Made by a program: the position numbers and the translations under genes. Positions 20,701 through 29,036 of a stretch of DNA of 64,000 nucleotides are shown piece by piece. Below the pieces are notes generated by a model. That model was not told where the DNA came from and made no database searches. It worked only from the letters and a program-made list of their open reading frames with translations. The stretch comes from Candidatus Iainarchaeum sp. (lineage in GTDB: Archaea > Iainarchaeota > Iainarchaeia > Iainarchaeales > VGJJ01). The DNA lies in the NCBI GenBank assembly GCA_043803765.1, contig JAZDJQ010000001.1, forward strand, positions 1-64,000. Reading direction: 5' to 3'. How positions within the stretch are numbered: position 1 is the first letter of the stretch; each line of letters starts with the position of its first letter.

Positions 20701-20877
20701 ATGATCTAATGCAACAAATAAGTCATCCACATATTGATCAGTAATGCGCCGTTCTTCCAGCTTTCCAATAGGGTGCGTTGGAAGCGTGGCAAAAATAATA
20801 ATACCAATTGCCAGAATGAATGCCAGCACTACATCCGCCGTAAAGGCAAAACCGTGAGAGGAAAGATTACGACTCAT
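17713..20877 (-). CDS. Pilin-like adhesin with vWA domain and LVIVD repeats
   Basis: SHG/FAFTADVVLA signal; DRSGS MIDAS; repeated AYVADG..GL..DV units; ILLSDG. Confidence 0.82.
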   Translation of the reverse strand: MSRNLSSHGFAFTADVVLAFILAIGIIIFATLPTHPIGKLEERRITDQYVDDLFVALDHSGYVSHEIDVNGFSMQTLQNVYTHARTLLPNSYDFYLQMQSYPLDISACQSSQDFVSCFPDANVQTLTTGTALPTNAPFVHGRRIFIKQQPASECSGALSSSIANPFAYNPFLTSLSLQSLPDINIQFDVNVTPPGPWTCDQNISVTLSVTTNSGARKPVDMMLVIDRSGSMSYDYLLETTDAQAVALDGNYAFLADSTSGLRDIDATDPGIPALVDTYNTSGTARDVTVSNNYAYLADGTSGLHIFDVSNPSNALSISALDVGGDAYGVATIGNQTYLVTYSSTNYDISNTGSTNNQLYIGRSSSELYGAQSFTPTIAFISGAQVLVNRQGNPSGNITVSVRSSLTGSDLVSGTISSGAVSTSYQYVNVVFPSILPLVPGNTYYLVLTTTATSSSNYYRWGTSNNSYSGGQAYQNTSSQNRDARFQTHFIPGLVKIDTTSKSSPFVLGAYPLTSPWRVFLDNNVAYVADGSAGVHSFNISGNTPILLDTYNTSGTAYDVLVSGNVAYVSDGTSGLRTLDVSTPSSMVLLDTYNTPGTAYATKVDNAIAYVADGSSVYVVDATAPSSLSVITYYSTPWNYRDIELRTVDSVLWGYLAVDSGIEGLATVNLDTGPKISQAQSAALTFVDFNGWDSNYDQMGLVSYSSTASTDQTLTSNFDLVKSDIAALVANGSTATGYAINNATTELTSIRHNPIALPFQILLSDGLTNTGTSSSSAAITAANSGIIIYTIGFGKDADETELQNIATITGGKYYAAADQNALIDVYNIIAKEIQLIASDANLIAGISDQLIIVDDGNGLLSGTELIFDINTLEPQPWVAEYTINIPCNSQLACSSTLLSIPSPGTHFEYVDANGTTQMQDWNVFSTSTFEYADLNISILSGDILGTNNVDLTVKVESIGNLDTISSSVSFYRDAPPTHLLSTVSIPPLCGQLNPGCVNYSYEFMHNVSSEGELYAVVNPDYTIPECTFNDQDVIFCYYTPSTQFFTFDYWAWLRG

Positions 20878-21370
20878 ATAGCGTCAACGTGACCTGGGTT
20901 TCAACCCCATTGATAGTGACTAATCGCTGGACAACGCTTGCGTTCTTATTGACACCGGGCGCTAACCCAGTTGAGAGTGAAATGCCTCCAGAAAATTCAA
21001 CGTAAAAATCATAGTATGGAAGGGAAAGTGCAATTTTTGTTTGTTCATACTCTAAATTACCATAGTTAACAAATGCGACTACTTTTTCCGGGGAAAGAAC
21101 CCTGTCTTTTTGGGCAAGTCCTATTTGTTCAACACTATTCAAATTACCCATATGCTCCCAATTGGAAGGTGCCCCAGGATTCTTAATAATAAATTCGGCA
21201 AGGTTAGATGCCGTAGCGTCAAGGACGCGGCGATCAGCAAGACTAGTAGAAGCGTCTTGAAGAGAATCCGAGTAATAAAAAAATCCTGCAAGAAGAAGAA
21301 GAAAGAATAGAACAGAAAATAATAAATCGGGCATACTGGCTTGCCCTTTTTTGGAAAAAATGCAGTACAT
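20867..21370 (-). CDS. Minor type IV pilin
   Basis: KKG/QASMPDLLFSVLFF. Confidence 0.8.
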   Translation of the reverse strand: MYCIFSKKGQASMPDLLFSVLFFLLLLAGFFYYSDSLQDASTSLADRRVLDATASNLAEFIIKNPGAPSNWEHMGNLNSVEQIGLAQKDRVLSPEKVVAFVNYGNLEYEQTKIALSLPYYDFYVEFSGGISLSTGLAPGVNKNASVVQRLVTINGVETQVTLTLYES

Positions 21371-21374
21371 GATA

Positions 21375-22538
21375 TCATCCCTCGAATGTCTGGGCGGCGA
21401 CTACATCCCCAAACGGATTAACCAGTGTGGCAGTAGTTCCAATTGTCTTCCAGAGCGGAGCAGTTTGATTAAGATAAATAATGCTTGTTGAATCCACCCC
21501 TTTGCCGGTGAACACTTTAGCTGACCCGTTCAAAATGTACGGTGTTGGAAACGTGATAAGGAGATTTCCATCTTTCAATAATGAAAAATTGGATAACTCG
21601 AGCGGTTGTAAAGCAGTGAATTCGATGAACTCGTTGGAGGTAAACCCTTCATCCACTTCGGTTTCGGTAATGATGACTAGTGGGGAACCATCCGGTCCGA
21701 AACCGGGGTTAGTATAGCCGCAGTCATAGCTGAAATAGAGTGGAATAATTTCATAGAGACAAGAACCCATACAGGAATAATGCTGCCACACTTTTGTAGT
21801 ATCCACACAAGTGTAGGTGTCGGGCCCGCACGTAGCCGATGAACAACTGTCTTCGGATTCAGTAAGGGAAAGTTCGCTCTCAGAAAGAATTTCCTCATTC
21901 ACTGTTTCAGAATTGAATGCGATTGTTTCCGTCGCCCAAACCCTGTCGAATAATGCAAAATAAGGATAACGTGAAATGTCCTCGCATACGACATGAATAA
22001 CATCGGGTTCGGCTGCATAAATTCTAGGATTAGAACCAAATAATACCGCACTTCTATCCACGATTAGAAAATTGGTTCCTATAAAATGACTAATATTTTT
22101 CACTCGAATAGTAGCCCCCTCAAGAAGAAAGCTCGGGTTTAGTGAAGCATCCAACACCAAATCAACGCGAACACCCCGCTTGATAGCTAAACGTAAGTGA
22201 TCCCTAAACTCTTTAGGGGAAGGGGTGCGAAGAACCGCTTCAATTGAAATGGATGCCGAGTCCACGTGCGTGAGGAGTTTTTCCAGACAGTCTTGGGAAG
22301 AACAATCATAGGTTTGGGCACATTGGAGTTGAGCATGCTCTTTTGCTTTAGCCACATCGATTCCTTGTTGAATGGTGATAGGTTGTGGAGGAAGTTCACT
22401 CGAATAAGTTGGGCGTGTTTGTTCCAGAGGAAAAAAAAGAATCAACAATCCGGCAACAGCAATAATGGCGATTGGTCCAATGAGCCATTTCCAATCAAAT
22501 CGAAAAGAGGACAACGCATCAGCATCATTATCGGGCAT
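21375..22538 (-). CDS. Membrane-anchored PLD-fold + lamin-tail-domain protein (HKD motif degenerate)
   Basis: AIKRGVRVDLVLD, GTNFLIVDRSAVLFGSN; C-terminal IITETEVD..NEFIEF..TATLVNPFGDVV. Confidence 0.7.
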   Translation of the reverse strand: MPDNDADALSSFRFDWKWLIGPIAIIAVAGLLILFFPLEQTRPTYSSELPPQPITIQQGIDVAKAKEHAQLQCAQTYDCSSQDCLEKLLTHVDSASISIEAVLRTPSPKEFRDHLRLAIKRGVRVDLVLDASLNPSFLLEGATIRVKNISHFIGTNFLIVDRSAVLFGSNPRIYAAEPDVIHVVCEDISRYPYFALFDRVWATETIAFNSETVNEEILSESELSLTESEDSCSSATCGPDTYTCVDTTKVWQHYSCMGSCLYEIIPLYFSYDCGYTNPGFGPDGSPLVIITETEVDEGFTSNEFIEFTALQPLELSNFSLLKDGNLLITFPTPYILNGSAKVFTGKGVDSTSIIYLNQTAPLWKTIGTTATLVNPFGDVVAAQTFEG

Positions 22539-24139
22539 TACACCACCACCAGGTTGAGGTTGTCTAAATAGATTCCCAATCCTTCGGTAGCAGAATCCCA
22601 ATCCGAGAGAGCACCGCCAATTTCAAGATAGTATGTTCCACTACCACTCACAAGAGAAGAAACATCCTGAAGGAAAAAACCATACGTGTCGATTGGTTGG
22701 TCAGCCCACCAAATTTCATTAGAAGCATCGGCATCATTATCTCCAGTATCAATGTTGCTTCCCAAATAAGAAAAAGTACTCGCATTTCCAAATCGAACTT
22801 TCAGCCAGGCTTCCTCTCCGGCGTCTAATGAATTACCCCATCCTGCATCCGCATCAATCATGTAAGTAAAACTCAACAAGACTTGGGCGCCGGACCCAAT
22901 TAAGGAAGCGACATCCGCATTGATATCGAACTGAACACCGTATCCTCCTCCAGCAAGTGGACCTACTACCGCGTCGTCATCAGGATTTGCATCCGCCCCA
23001 GCAACCCCTCCGCCTAGTTTTATTTCAAGACGATGAGTATTTCCTACAACACTATCATTTGTATCGTCGTCCATGTTAGGGTCCGCGTTAAAGTATACGG
23101 CAGAAGGAAGAGAAGTGGTGTACAAACGTGCGTTCCAATCCCAACCGTCGTTTCCCATACCAACACCAAATGTATTAGCGGTGCTGTTGATATCCGTTTT
23201 GAAATCAAGGGGTGGTGGCAAATCGGATTGTAACTCCCACAAATCAAGAAGAATACCATTCTGAGTATAATTGATATCGATTCTCCCATAGTCAAGTGAA
23301 ATCATTTGTTCCGTTCCAGACGGTTCATACGTCATCCGAATTCGGGCATTGTTTGCTAAATTCCAATCCGAGATACAACTCACCATGTTAGGAGATTGAT
23401 AATAGAGTTCGGTAAACGAAGGAGTGTACTCTTCGATGTCCAACCACGTAGTGCCGTTATAGCATTGTATCATGGATTTGCTTCCGCCCAATCCAATATG
23501 ATAGGATTCAAAATGTTTGATGAGTACTCGAACATCGGTTGGTTGATTTGCACTCGTTAAGCCCGCATTGGAAAAACGAAATTCCACCCAATCAGGGTCA
23601 ACAAACATATCGTCTGTCGAAACAGCGTATAACGCATCATCAAACGCTACTTCTTCTACCCATATTTGATTTTGGTCATCAATAAGCAGAATGGTTCCTT
23701 CGGATTGTTCAAAACCCGTGTCGGGAGGACCTGTTATAGGATTGAATGGAGAATAATTCAAATCATTTGTGAATACAACCGTTCCATTAATATCAAACGC
23801 ACGAATAATGCCGGCATACAATTGAACATTGGATGCTTTTCCAAGAAATGGACAAAAAAAATCCCCTACAAGAATGTTGTTGTTCACCACATTCAAATCT
23901 TTTGTTATTTCAAACTGTGTTTCAGAATAAGGAGGATTGGAACTCATATACGTAATAATAGAACTCACTTTCGTACAGAGAGCAAGTTCTTCAGCATTTT
24001 GTTGAGATATTGTTGATTGTTGCTTCGTTTGTTCGATGATAAGAAGCACCACTACAAATAGTAATAGAATAACCGCGGCAGCAGTCAAATATTCAACCGA
24101 CACCTGCCCCTTTGTTGAACGGGAAAATTTTTTTATCAT
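22538..24139 (-). CDS. Large minor pilin with acidic C-terminal domains
   Basis: TKG/QVSVEYLTAAAVILLLF. Confidence 0.82.
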   Translation of the reverse strand: MIKKFSRSTKGQVSVEYLTAAAVILLLFVVVLLIIEQTKQQSTISQQNAEELALCTKVSSIITYMSSNPPYSETQFEITKDLNVVNNNILVGDFFCPFLGKASNVQLYAGIIRAFDINGTVVFTNDLNYSPFNPITGPPDTGFEQSEGTILLIDDQNQIWVEEVAFDDALYAVSTDDMFVDPDWVEFRFSNAGLTSANQPTDVRVLIKHFESYHIGLGGSKSMIQCYNGTTWLDIEEYTPSFTELYYQSPNMVSCISDWNLANNARIRMTYEPSGTEQMISLDYGRIDINYTQNGILLDLWELQSDLPPPLDFKTDINSTANTFGVGMGNDGWDWNARLYTTSLPSAVYFNADPNMDDDTNDSVVGNTHRLEIKLGGGVAGADANPDDDAVVGPLAGGGYGVQFDINADVASLIGSGAQVLLSFTYMIDADAGWGNSLDAGEEAWLKVRFGNASTFSYLGSNIDTGDNDADASNEIWWADQPIDTYGFFLQDVSSLVSGSGTYYLEIGGALSDWDSATEGLGIYLDNLNLVVV

Positions 24140-24540
24140 GTGTTCGTCACACTCGCATTCACATCACCCATCGAAATTGCCAGCGTGTAAATCCCCGCAT
24201 CATGGTACAAGTATGCCGGCATAATGTTCGTTTTAGTGAATGCAAACAAAGTACTGCTCCCCCCTAATTGAGAAAGAGTAGCACGAACCGTATTCTGTCC
24301 GACTCGAAATTCAGTCAACCCAACAGGAAGTTGCACATCCACTAACACCGTGTTTCCAGGCCCTTTAGCATACACAAAATCAACTGTCGCCGCCACCTCA
24401 TCTACGGCAGCCTGCGATTGAATAAGTTGGACAGAACTAGAATAGGACACGAATGCATACGCAAATAGGATGGCAGAAAAAAGAAGGAGGAAAGCCGTAA
24501 AGGTAAGATACTCCAACCCAACTTGCCCACGGAAGCGCAT
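24136..24540 (-). CDS. Minor type IV pilin
   Basis: FRG/QVGLEYLTFTAFLLLF; VYAKGPG. Confidence 0.85.
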   Translation of the reverse strand: MRFRGQVGLEYLTFTAFLLLFSAILFAYAFVSYSSSVQLIQSQAAVDEVAATVDFVYAKGPGNTVLVDVQLPVGLTEFRVGQNTVRATLSQLGGSSTLFAFTKTNIMPAYLYHDAGIYTLAISMGDVNASVTNT

Positions 24541-24620
24541 TTGGGAAGGATATTAGCATGGAATAAAAACCCAAGGCAATGGAGGCGGTTTAAAGGAAGA
24601 ACGCTTTATGTATATGGACA

Positions 24621-25202
24621 ATGACGTCGGATGCACGGCTGATGTTCTATAAGATGCTCCTCGACAAGTACGCCGCACTAATCAACGAGAAAGAACAGCG
24701 AAGCATTGAAGAAATTAAGACGTTGGTTGACTCGAATGATATGAGCATCCAGAGCATGATTTCCCAGTTTAAACCCGATTCCTATACTGTTGAGCGGGAC
24801 TATCTTTTTACTGCACAACAAACATTTGAGTTCATCACACGGGAAATCAAATATGTTCCAAATGACATGAACATCAACTTTTGGCTCAACCCAAAAGATA
24901 TTCTTACACACAAAGTGTCAGACGACGAGGATTTAGCCATCGTATTATGTTCATCCCTTTTGGCATTAGAAGATAAACGCGCATTCGTATATGTCATGGA
25001 ACTAGAAGATTTACGTACGCATGCCGTTGTGATAACAGACGTGAATGAGAAAACACTGCTTCTCGACCCAAGCGTAGGGCATGGTTTCTTCAAATACTAC
25101 GGAGACAAGTCATTCGTCTTCAAAAAATACCGTTTTGATGGAAAAAAACTCAAACGCGCACTCTATCGTTTTAATAGTGAAACGTATGAGCAATTTATCT
25201 GA
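24621..25202 (+). CDS. Transglutaminase-like fold protein lacking the catalytic Cys
   Basis: IKYVPND..FWLNPKDIL..SDDEDLAIVLCS..HAVV..LLDP. Confidence 0.75.
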   Translation: MTSDARLMFYKMLLDKYAALINEKEQRSIEEIKTLVDSNDMSIQSMISQFKPDSYTVERDYLFTAQQTFEFITREIKYVPNDMNINFWLNPKDILTHKVSDDEDLAIVLCSSLLALEDKRAFVYVMELEDLRTHAVVITDVNEKTLLLDPSVGHGFFKYYGDKSFVFKKYRFDGKKLKRALYRFNSETYEQFI

Positions 25203-25203
25203 T

Positions 25204-26295
25204 ATGACTTCCGTCGAAATGCCTGGAATTACATTATACCATCTTCTTCATGAATTAAACAAAACATGGAAAGGAGGATACATTCAACAACTGCGCCAAG
25301 TTGAACACGACACATTTCTACTCAAACTGCGCACCAAAGAAAGAACAGGAGAACTGCTCATTCGATTTCCACACACAATCATCGAAACCAATCGCAAATG
25401 GAAACCGGCAGAAACACAACCCGGGATAGTAAAGCAGACCAAAAAAATAATAGAGAATGCTCGCATAGAAAAGATAGTATTAATTGGAATGGACCGCATA
25501 CTCGATGTGCAGTGCCAAGACCTGCACATCATCATTGAATTATTCAGCCAAGGAAACATGATACTAACCGATGCAGATTACAAAATCATTGAAGTCTATC
25601 GTGCAAAAGAATGGAAAACCCGAATATTAAAGAAGGGAAACAGGTATGAACCACCCCCTGGTCCGGAAGCGTGGGAAAAAATGGTGAACATGCCGTTGTG
25701 GGAAAAAAATAATACACTAGGAAGCTGGCTCGTATCACAAGTGGGAATACCCGGACCATGGACTAAAGAAGTGTGCGAGAAAATAGAATGCAATCCAGCA
25801 CAAACAACGCCATTGTCAAACGAAAAATGGAAAAAACTACAAGCGCTTCTCCAAAAAACAATGAAAGAAACAAACGATTTTCAATTAGTAGAATGGAAAA
25901 ACAAACAAATAGTAATTCCATCAATTGGATTGAAAGCAGAAGGAAAAATACTTTTCAGCGGAGAGTGGAATAAAATACAAGAAACAATAGAAAATCGCCC
26001 GATGCAGGACAACCACACGGTAACAACAGAAAGTAAGAAGGCTAAAGAATGGAATGCGCTTGAAATAAATAAAATACGACAGCAAAGAATGAAAGAAGAG
26101 TGGAATGCATACGCCGATGAATTGAAAAAAAAAGGCGAATGGATTTATACTCATTTTGAGCACGTGGAAAAACTATTAGATGAAATTAAACGAGTAAAAA
26201 ACAATACAAACGCAATCAAAAAAATAGACGAACTGCCTTTTATTAAAAAAATAGACACTAAAAAAGGAATCGTAGAAATTGAAACGGAGAAATAA
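25204..26295 (+). CDS. NFACT/Rqc2 (FbpA-N) family protein, C-terminally short
   Basis: GMDRIL, IIELFSQGNMILTD, YEPPP, KGEWIYTHF. Start uncertain (25186 or 25204). Confidence 0.78.
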   Translation: MTSVEMPGITLYHLLHELNKTWKGGYIQQLRQVEHDTFLLKLRTKERTGELLIRFPHTIIETNRKWKPAETQPGIVKQTKKIIENARIEKIVLIGMDRILDVQCQDLHIIIELFSQGNMILTDADYKIIEVYRAKEWKTRILKKGNRYEPPPGPEAWEKMVNMPLWEKNNTLGSWLVSQVGIPGPWTKEVCEKIECNPAQTTPLSNEKWKKLQALLQKTMKETNDFQLVEWKNKQIVIPSIGLKAEGKILFSGEWNKIQETIENRPMQDNHTVTTESKKAKEWNALEINKIRQQRMKEEWNAYADELKKKGEWIYTHFEHVEKLLDEIKRVKNNTNAIKKIDELPFIKKIDTKKGIVEIETEK

Positions 26296-26323
26296 GAGAG
26301 GGGGTAACCCGTACACCCTGCTC

Positions 26324-26593
26324 CTATCGGTCGGCCATGGCCGTAATCTCACGCTCATCTACAATGAAAACGTCTGAAACAGCCGTAACCGCAGCATATG
26401 GAATTTGAATAACCCTGTCCTGCAAGCTAATACGCTTGATGACTTTGGACTCGGGATCGACTTCCACAATCAATGCCTCGATATTCCCTGAATTCTCATC
26501 TACGAGAAGGTCGGATAACCGCCCTACCTCATCCCCCCGGTTAGTAATCACTCGTTTAGTCGCCAGCTGGCGTGCAATTGCATATTTGTACAT
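26324..26593 (-). CDS. PRC-barrel domain protein
   Basis: MYKYAIARQLATKRVITNRGDEVGRLSDLLVDENSG..IPYAAVTAVSDVFIV. Confidence 0.85.
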   Translation of the reverse strand: MYKYAIARQLATKRVITNRGDEVGRLSDLLVDENSGNIEALIVEVDPESKVIKRISLQDRVIQIPYAAVTAVSDVFIVDEREITAMADR

Positions 26594-26886
26594 ATGGTTG
26601 AAACCCCCTATATTGAGGGCATGAACGATTATGAGATATAAAAATGTAGCAGGGAAAGAAGGGCAGGAATGAAAAAAACAACCCCTATTTGGGGGAAATA
26701 GCGCGCTTCTTCTTGGATAAAGAAGGAGGATGAATGTCCTCCCATGCCGCCTGCTCAATCGCAGAGCGGAAAGAAAAAGGGCTAATGGACTTTTTTCGCT
26801 TAGAAGGGGAAACAACCACACCACTAGTAGGGCAAAAGGAGGATTTAAACCCGGGTTTTTAATCGTTTTTGAAAGAACGAGTAAAT

Positions 26887-27999
26887 ATGACCATTTCCAA
26901 CCCTATCGTGTCAGAAAACACCACTCAAACCAACTCCCAGGTCACGGGAGCCTATCGAATAGAGCTAGAGAAACAACAGTACCGTTTCGTAGGAAACCAT
27001 TCCTCCGTAAAAGTATGCGGATGGACCAAAAACATGCTCCGAGGAGAAGGTGGCTGTTACAAGTTCAAATTCTATGGAATACGAAGCCACCAATGCATGC
27101 AAATGACTGTAAATATGAGCTGCGCCAATCGATGCACGTTTTGCTGGAGAGGACACAAAGCACCGGTTGAAACAGAATGGAAAGGAAAAATAGATGACGC
27201 GATGTTTATCATAGAAGAAAGTCTGCGTGCACATGAAAAACTATTAGCCGGGTTTGGAGGAAATGAGAACGTGTCAAAACAATCATTTGAGCAGAGCAAA
27301 CACGTGAGACATGTTGCATTAAGTCTGACAGGGGAACCGATTGCCTACCCCCAAATAAATGAATTGTGCAAAAAATTCCATGCCAAGAACATTTCAACAT
27401 TCATTGTAACAAATGCACAATACCCAAATGCGATTCACAATCTCGAAACAATCACACAACTATACTTGAGTTTGGATGCCCCTACAAAAGAAATTTTGCA
27501 CGAAGTAGACAAACCATTATTTCCGGATTATTGGGAACGATATATGCAATCATTAGAAGAAGTTTCACAGAAAAAATACCGAAAGACAGCGCGCCTCACA
27601 ATAATCAAAGGAATAAATGACGTTTTCCCAGAAAAGTATGCAGAACTCATTCAAAAAGGAGATTTTGATTTTGTGGAAGTAAAAGGATACATGCACGTAG
27701 GAGAAAGCCAAAAAAGGCTGGAACGAGACAAAATGCCCACTTTTGATGAAGTAAAAACATTCGGATTGCGCGTGTTAAACGAAATGAATAACAAGTACGA
27801 GTTAGCAAGCGAACATATTCCGAGTGACGTGATACTATTAGCGAAAAAAAAATACAACAAAAAAACATGGATTGATTTTGAGCAGTTCTTTGAAATAATG
27901 AATGGAAAAAACCCGGATAAAAACTTGAGCGCTGAAAAATACTCCACTTCAACTCAAGAAGTTAAAGAAAGCACATCCAATTACGAAGTCATACAATAA
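26887..27999 (+). CDS. taw1: 4-demethylwyosine synthase (radical SAM)
   Basis: CYKFKFYGIRSHQCMQMT, CANRCTFCWR, LSLTGEP, EVKGYMHVGES. Confidence 0.92.
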   Translation: MTISNPIVSENTTQTNSQVTGAYRIELEKQQYRFVGNHSSVKVCGWTKNMLRGEGGCYKFKFYGIRSHQCMQMTVNMSCANRCTFCWRGHKAPVETEWKGKIDDAMFIIEESLRAHEKLLAGFGGNENVSKQSFEQSKHVRHVALSLTGEPIAYPQINELCKKFHAKNISTFIVTNAQYPNAIHNLETITQLYLSLDAPTKEILHEVDKPLFPDYWERYMQSLEEVSQKKYRKTARLTIIKGINDVFPEKYAELIQKGDFDFVEVKGYMHVGESQKRLERDKMPTFDEVKTFGLRVLNEMNNKYELASEHIPSDVILLAKKKYNKKTWIDFEQFFEIMNGKNPDKNLSAEKYSTSTQEVKESTSNYEVIQ

Positions 28000-28011
28000 A
28001 TGGTGCAATGA

Positions 28012-28410
28012 TTAATGAGATTGACGGGCAACATAGAAACGTTCCAGCACCCGCGCATGCAAATCCCCTACAAAATGAAATTCGCGCGAACGGGTAGTAC
28101 TACGTAAACGTGTGCGTCGAACGTTGAATCGACGCACAACCTCACCAATAGGAAGATTGGTTTCCTGTAATAAACGAACAACACTAGGTGCGGATTTTTT
28201 CATATCCACTTCTGAAATCGCGTGAACGATGGGTTTTCCATTATAATCGAAACGAATATGGCGAACCATTTTGTCCGAAGAATTGCGCCGGCTTTCCAAC
28301 TTGAAAATAGCAGTAGGAAAGTTCTCCATCACAAAATGAGTGGTTCCAATAGGGTGTTTCAATAGGGTAGCAAACCAGCGAGGAGAGCGCATACCCAAAA
28401 TGGCATCCAT
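28012..28410 (-). CDS. Chorismate-lyase-like (DUF98/UTRA fold) protein
   Basis: GKPIVHAISE, LPIGEVV, ERF motif pattern. Confidence 0.5.
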   Translation of the reverse strand: MDAILGMRSPRWFATLLKHPIGTTHFVMENFPTAIFKLESRRNSSDKMVRHIRFDYNGKPIVHAISEVDMKKSAPSVVRLLQETNLPIGEVVRRFNVRRTRLRSTTRSREFHFVGDLHARVLERFYVARQSH

Positions 28411-28442
28411 ACGTTAAAAAACAAGAGTGGCTTGTTGAACGC

Positions 28443-28700
28443 ATGGAGGATCACGCAAAAGGAAAAAAGGGAATCCCGCCATTGTTTTGGGCAGGGATGC
28501 TACTTATCATAATGGGAGTTGTACTAGGAGCCTATGTCGCCCCCTACATGGAAGGATGGATTAACCCCGAGCGAGCAGAGGCAATTCAAAACGCACAAGA
28601 TTTGGCTGCCCAAAACACATTACTGAAAAACCAAATAGATTGTTTAGTAAATGGAATCAATCTTAATCACGGAAAAACAACCATTACCGAATGCACGTAA
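28443..28700 (+). CDS. Small membrane protein with coiled coil
   Basis: Single TM followed by QNTLLKNQIDCL. Confidence 0.65.
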   Translation: MEDHAKGKKGIPPLFWAGMLLIIMGVVLGAYVAPYMEGWINPERAEAIQNAQDLAAQNTLLKNQIDCLVNGINLNHGKTTITECT

Positions 28701-28970
28701 CTTCCTCCCGTCCTAAAGAGGCAAGATTCTTACAAAAAATTACTAAAACACTGAAACGCGCCCTGCAGGGCATAACACTAAACTACGGCGGGCTGAAGCC
28801 CGCCGGGTTTCACTTCCCGTGAACGGCTTGCCGAGAACCAAACGCAAAGCCGATTCATCCACCGGCTAAAGCAGGCAGGGTTCTCGGCAAGGGGTTCCTA
28901 AACAGCTATTCAAACAACAACAACAAAAACGCGATTCGATTTTATCCCATAGTCATGGCAGCGGGTTTTA
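28701..28970. mobile_element. Non-autonomous IS200/IS605-like hairpin remnant (PATE-like)
   Basis: CGGCGGGCTGAAGCCCGCCG hairpin plus related TTCCTCCCGTCCTAAAGAGG and TTCATCCACCGGCTAAAGCAGG; 12-bp IR TTGCCGAGAACC/GGTTCTCGGCAA; no ORF. Confidence 0.6.
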
Positions 28971-29036
28971 GCGAACCATCAAACGAATAAAATTTTCTCT
29001 AGATTTTTAATTGGAATCCCCGCCTGACAAGAATGT

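Noticed and set aside
8773-24540. Archaellum operon
   Set aside because: No archaellin or ArlF/G-like genes; two TadC-like genes and multiple pilins indicate a type IV pilus.
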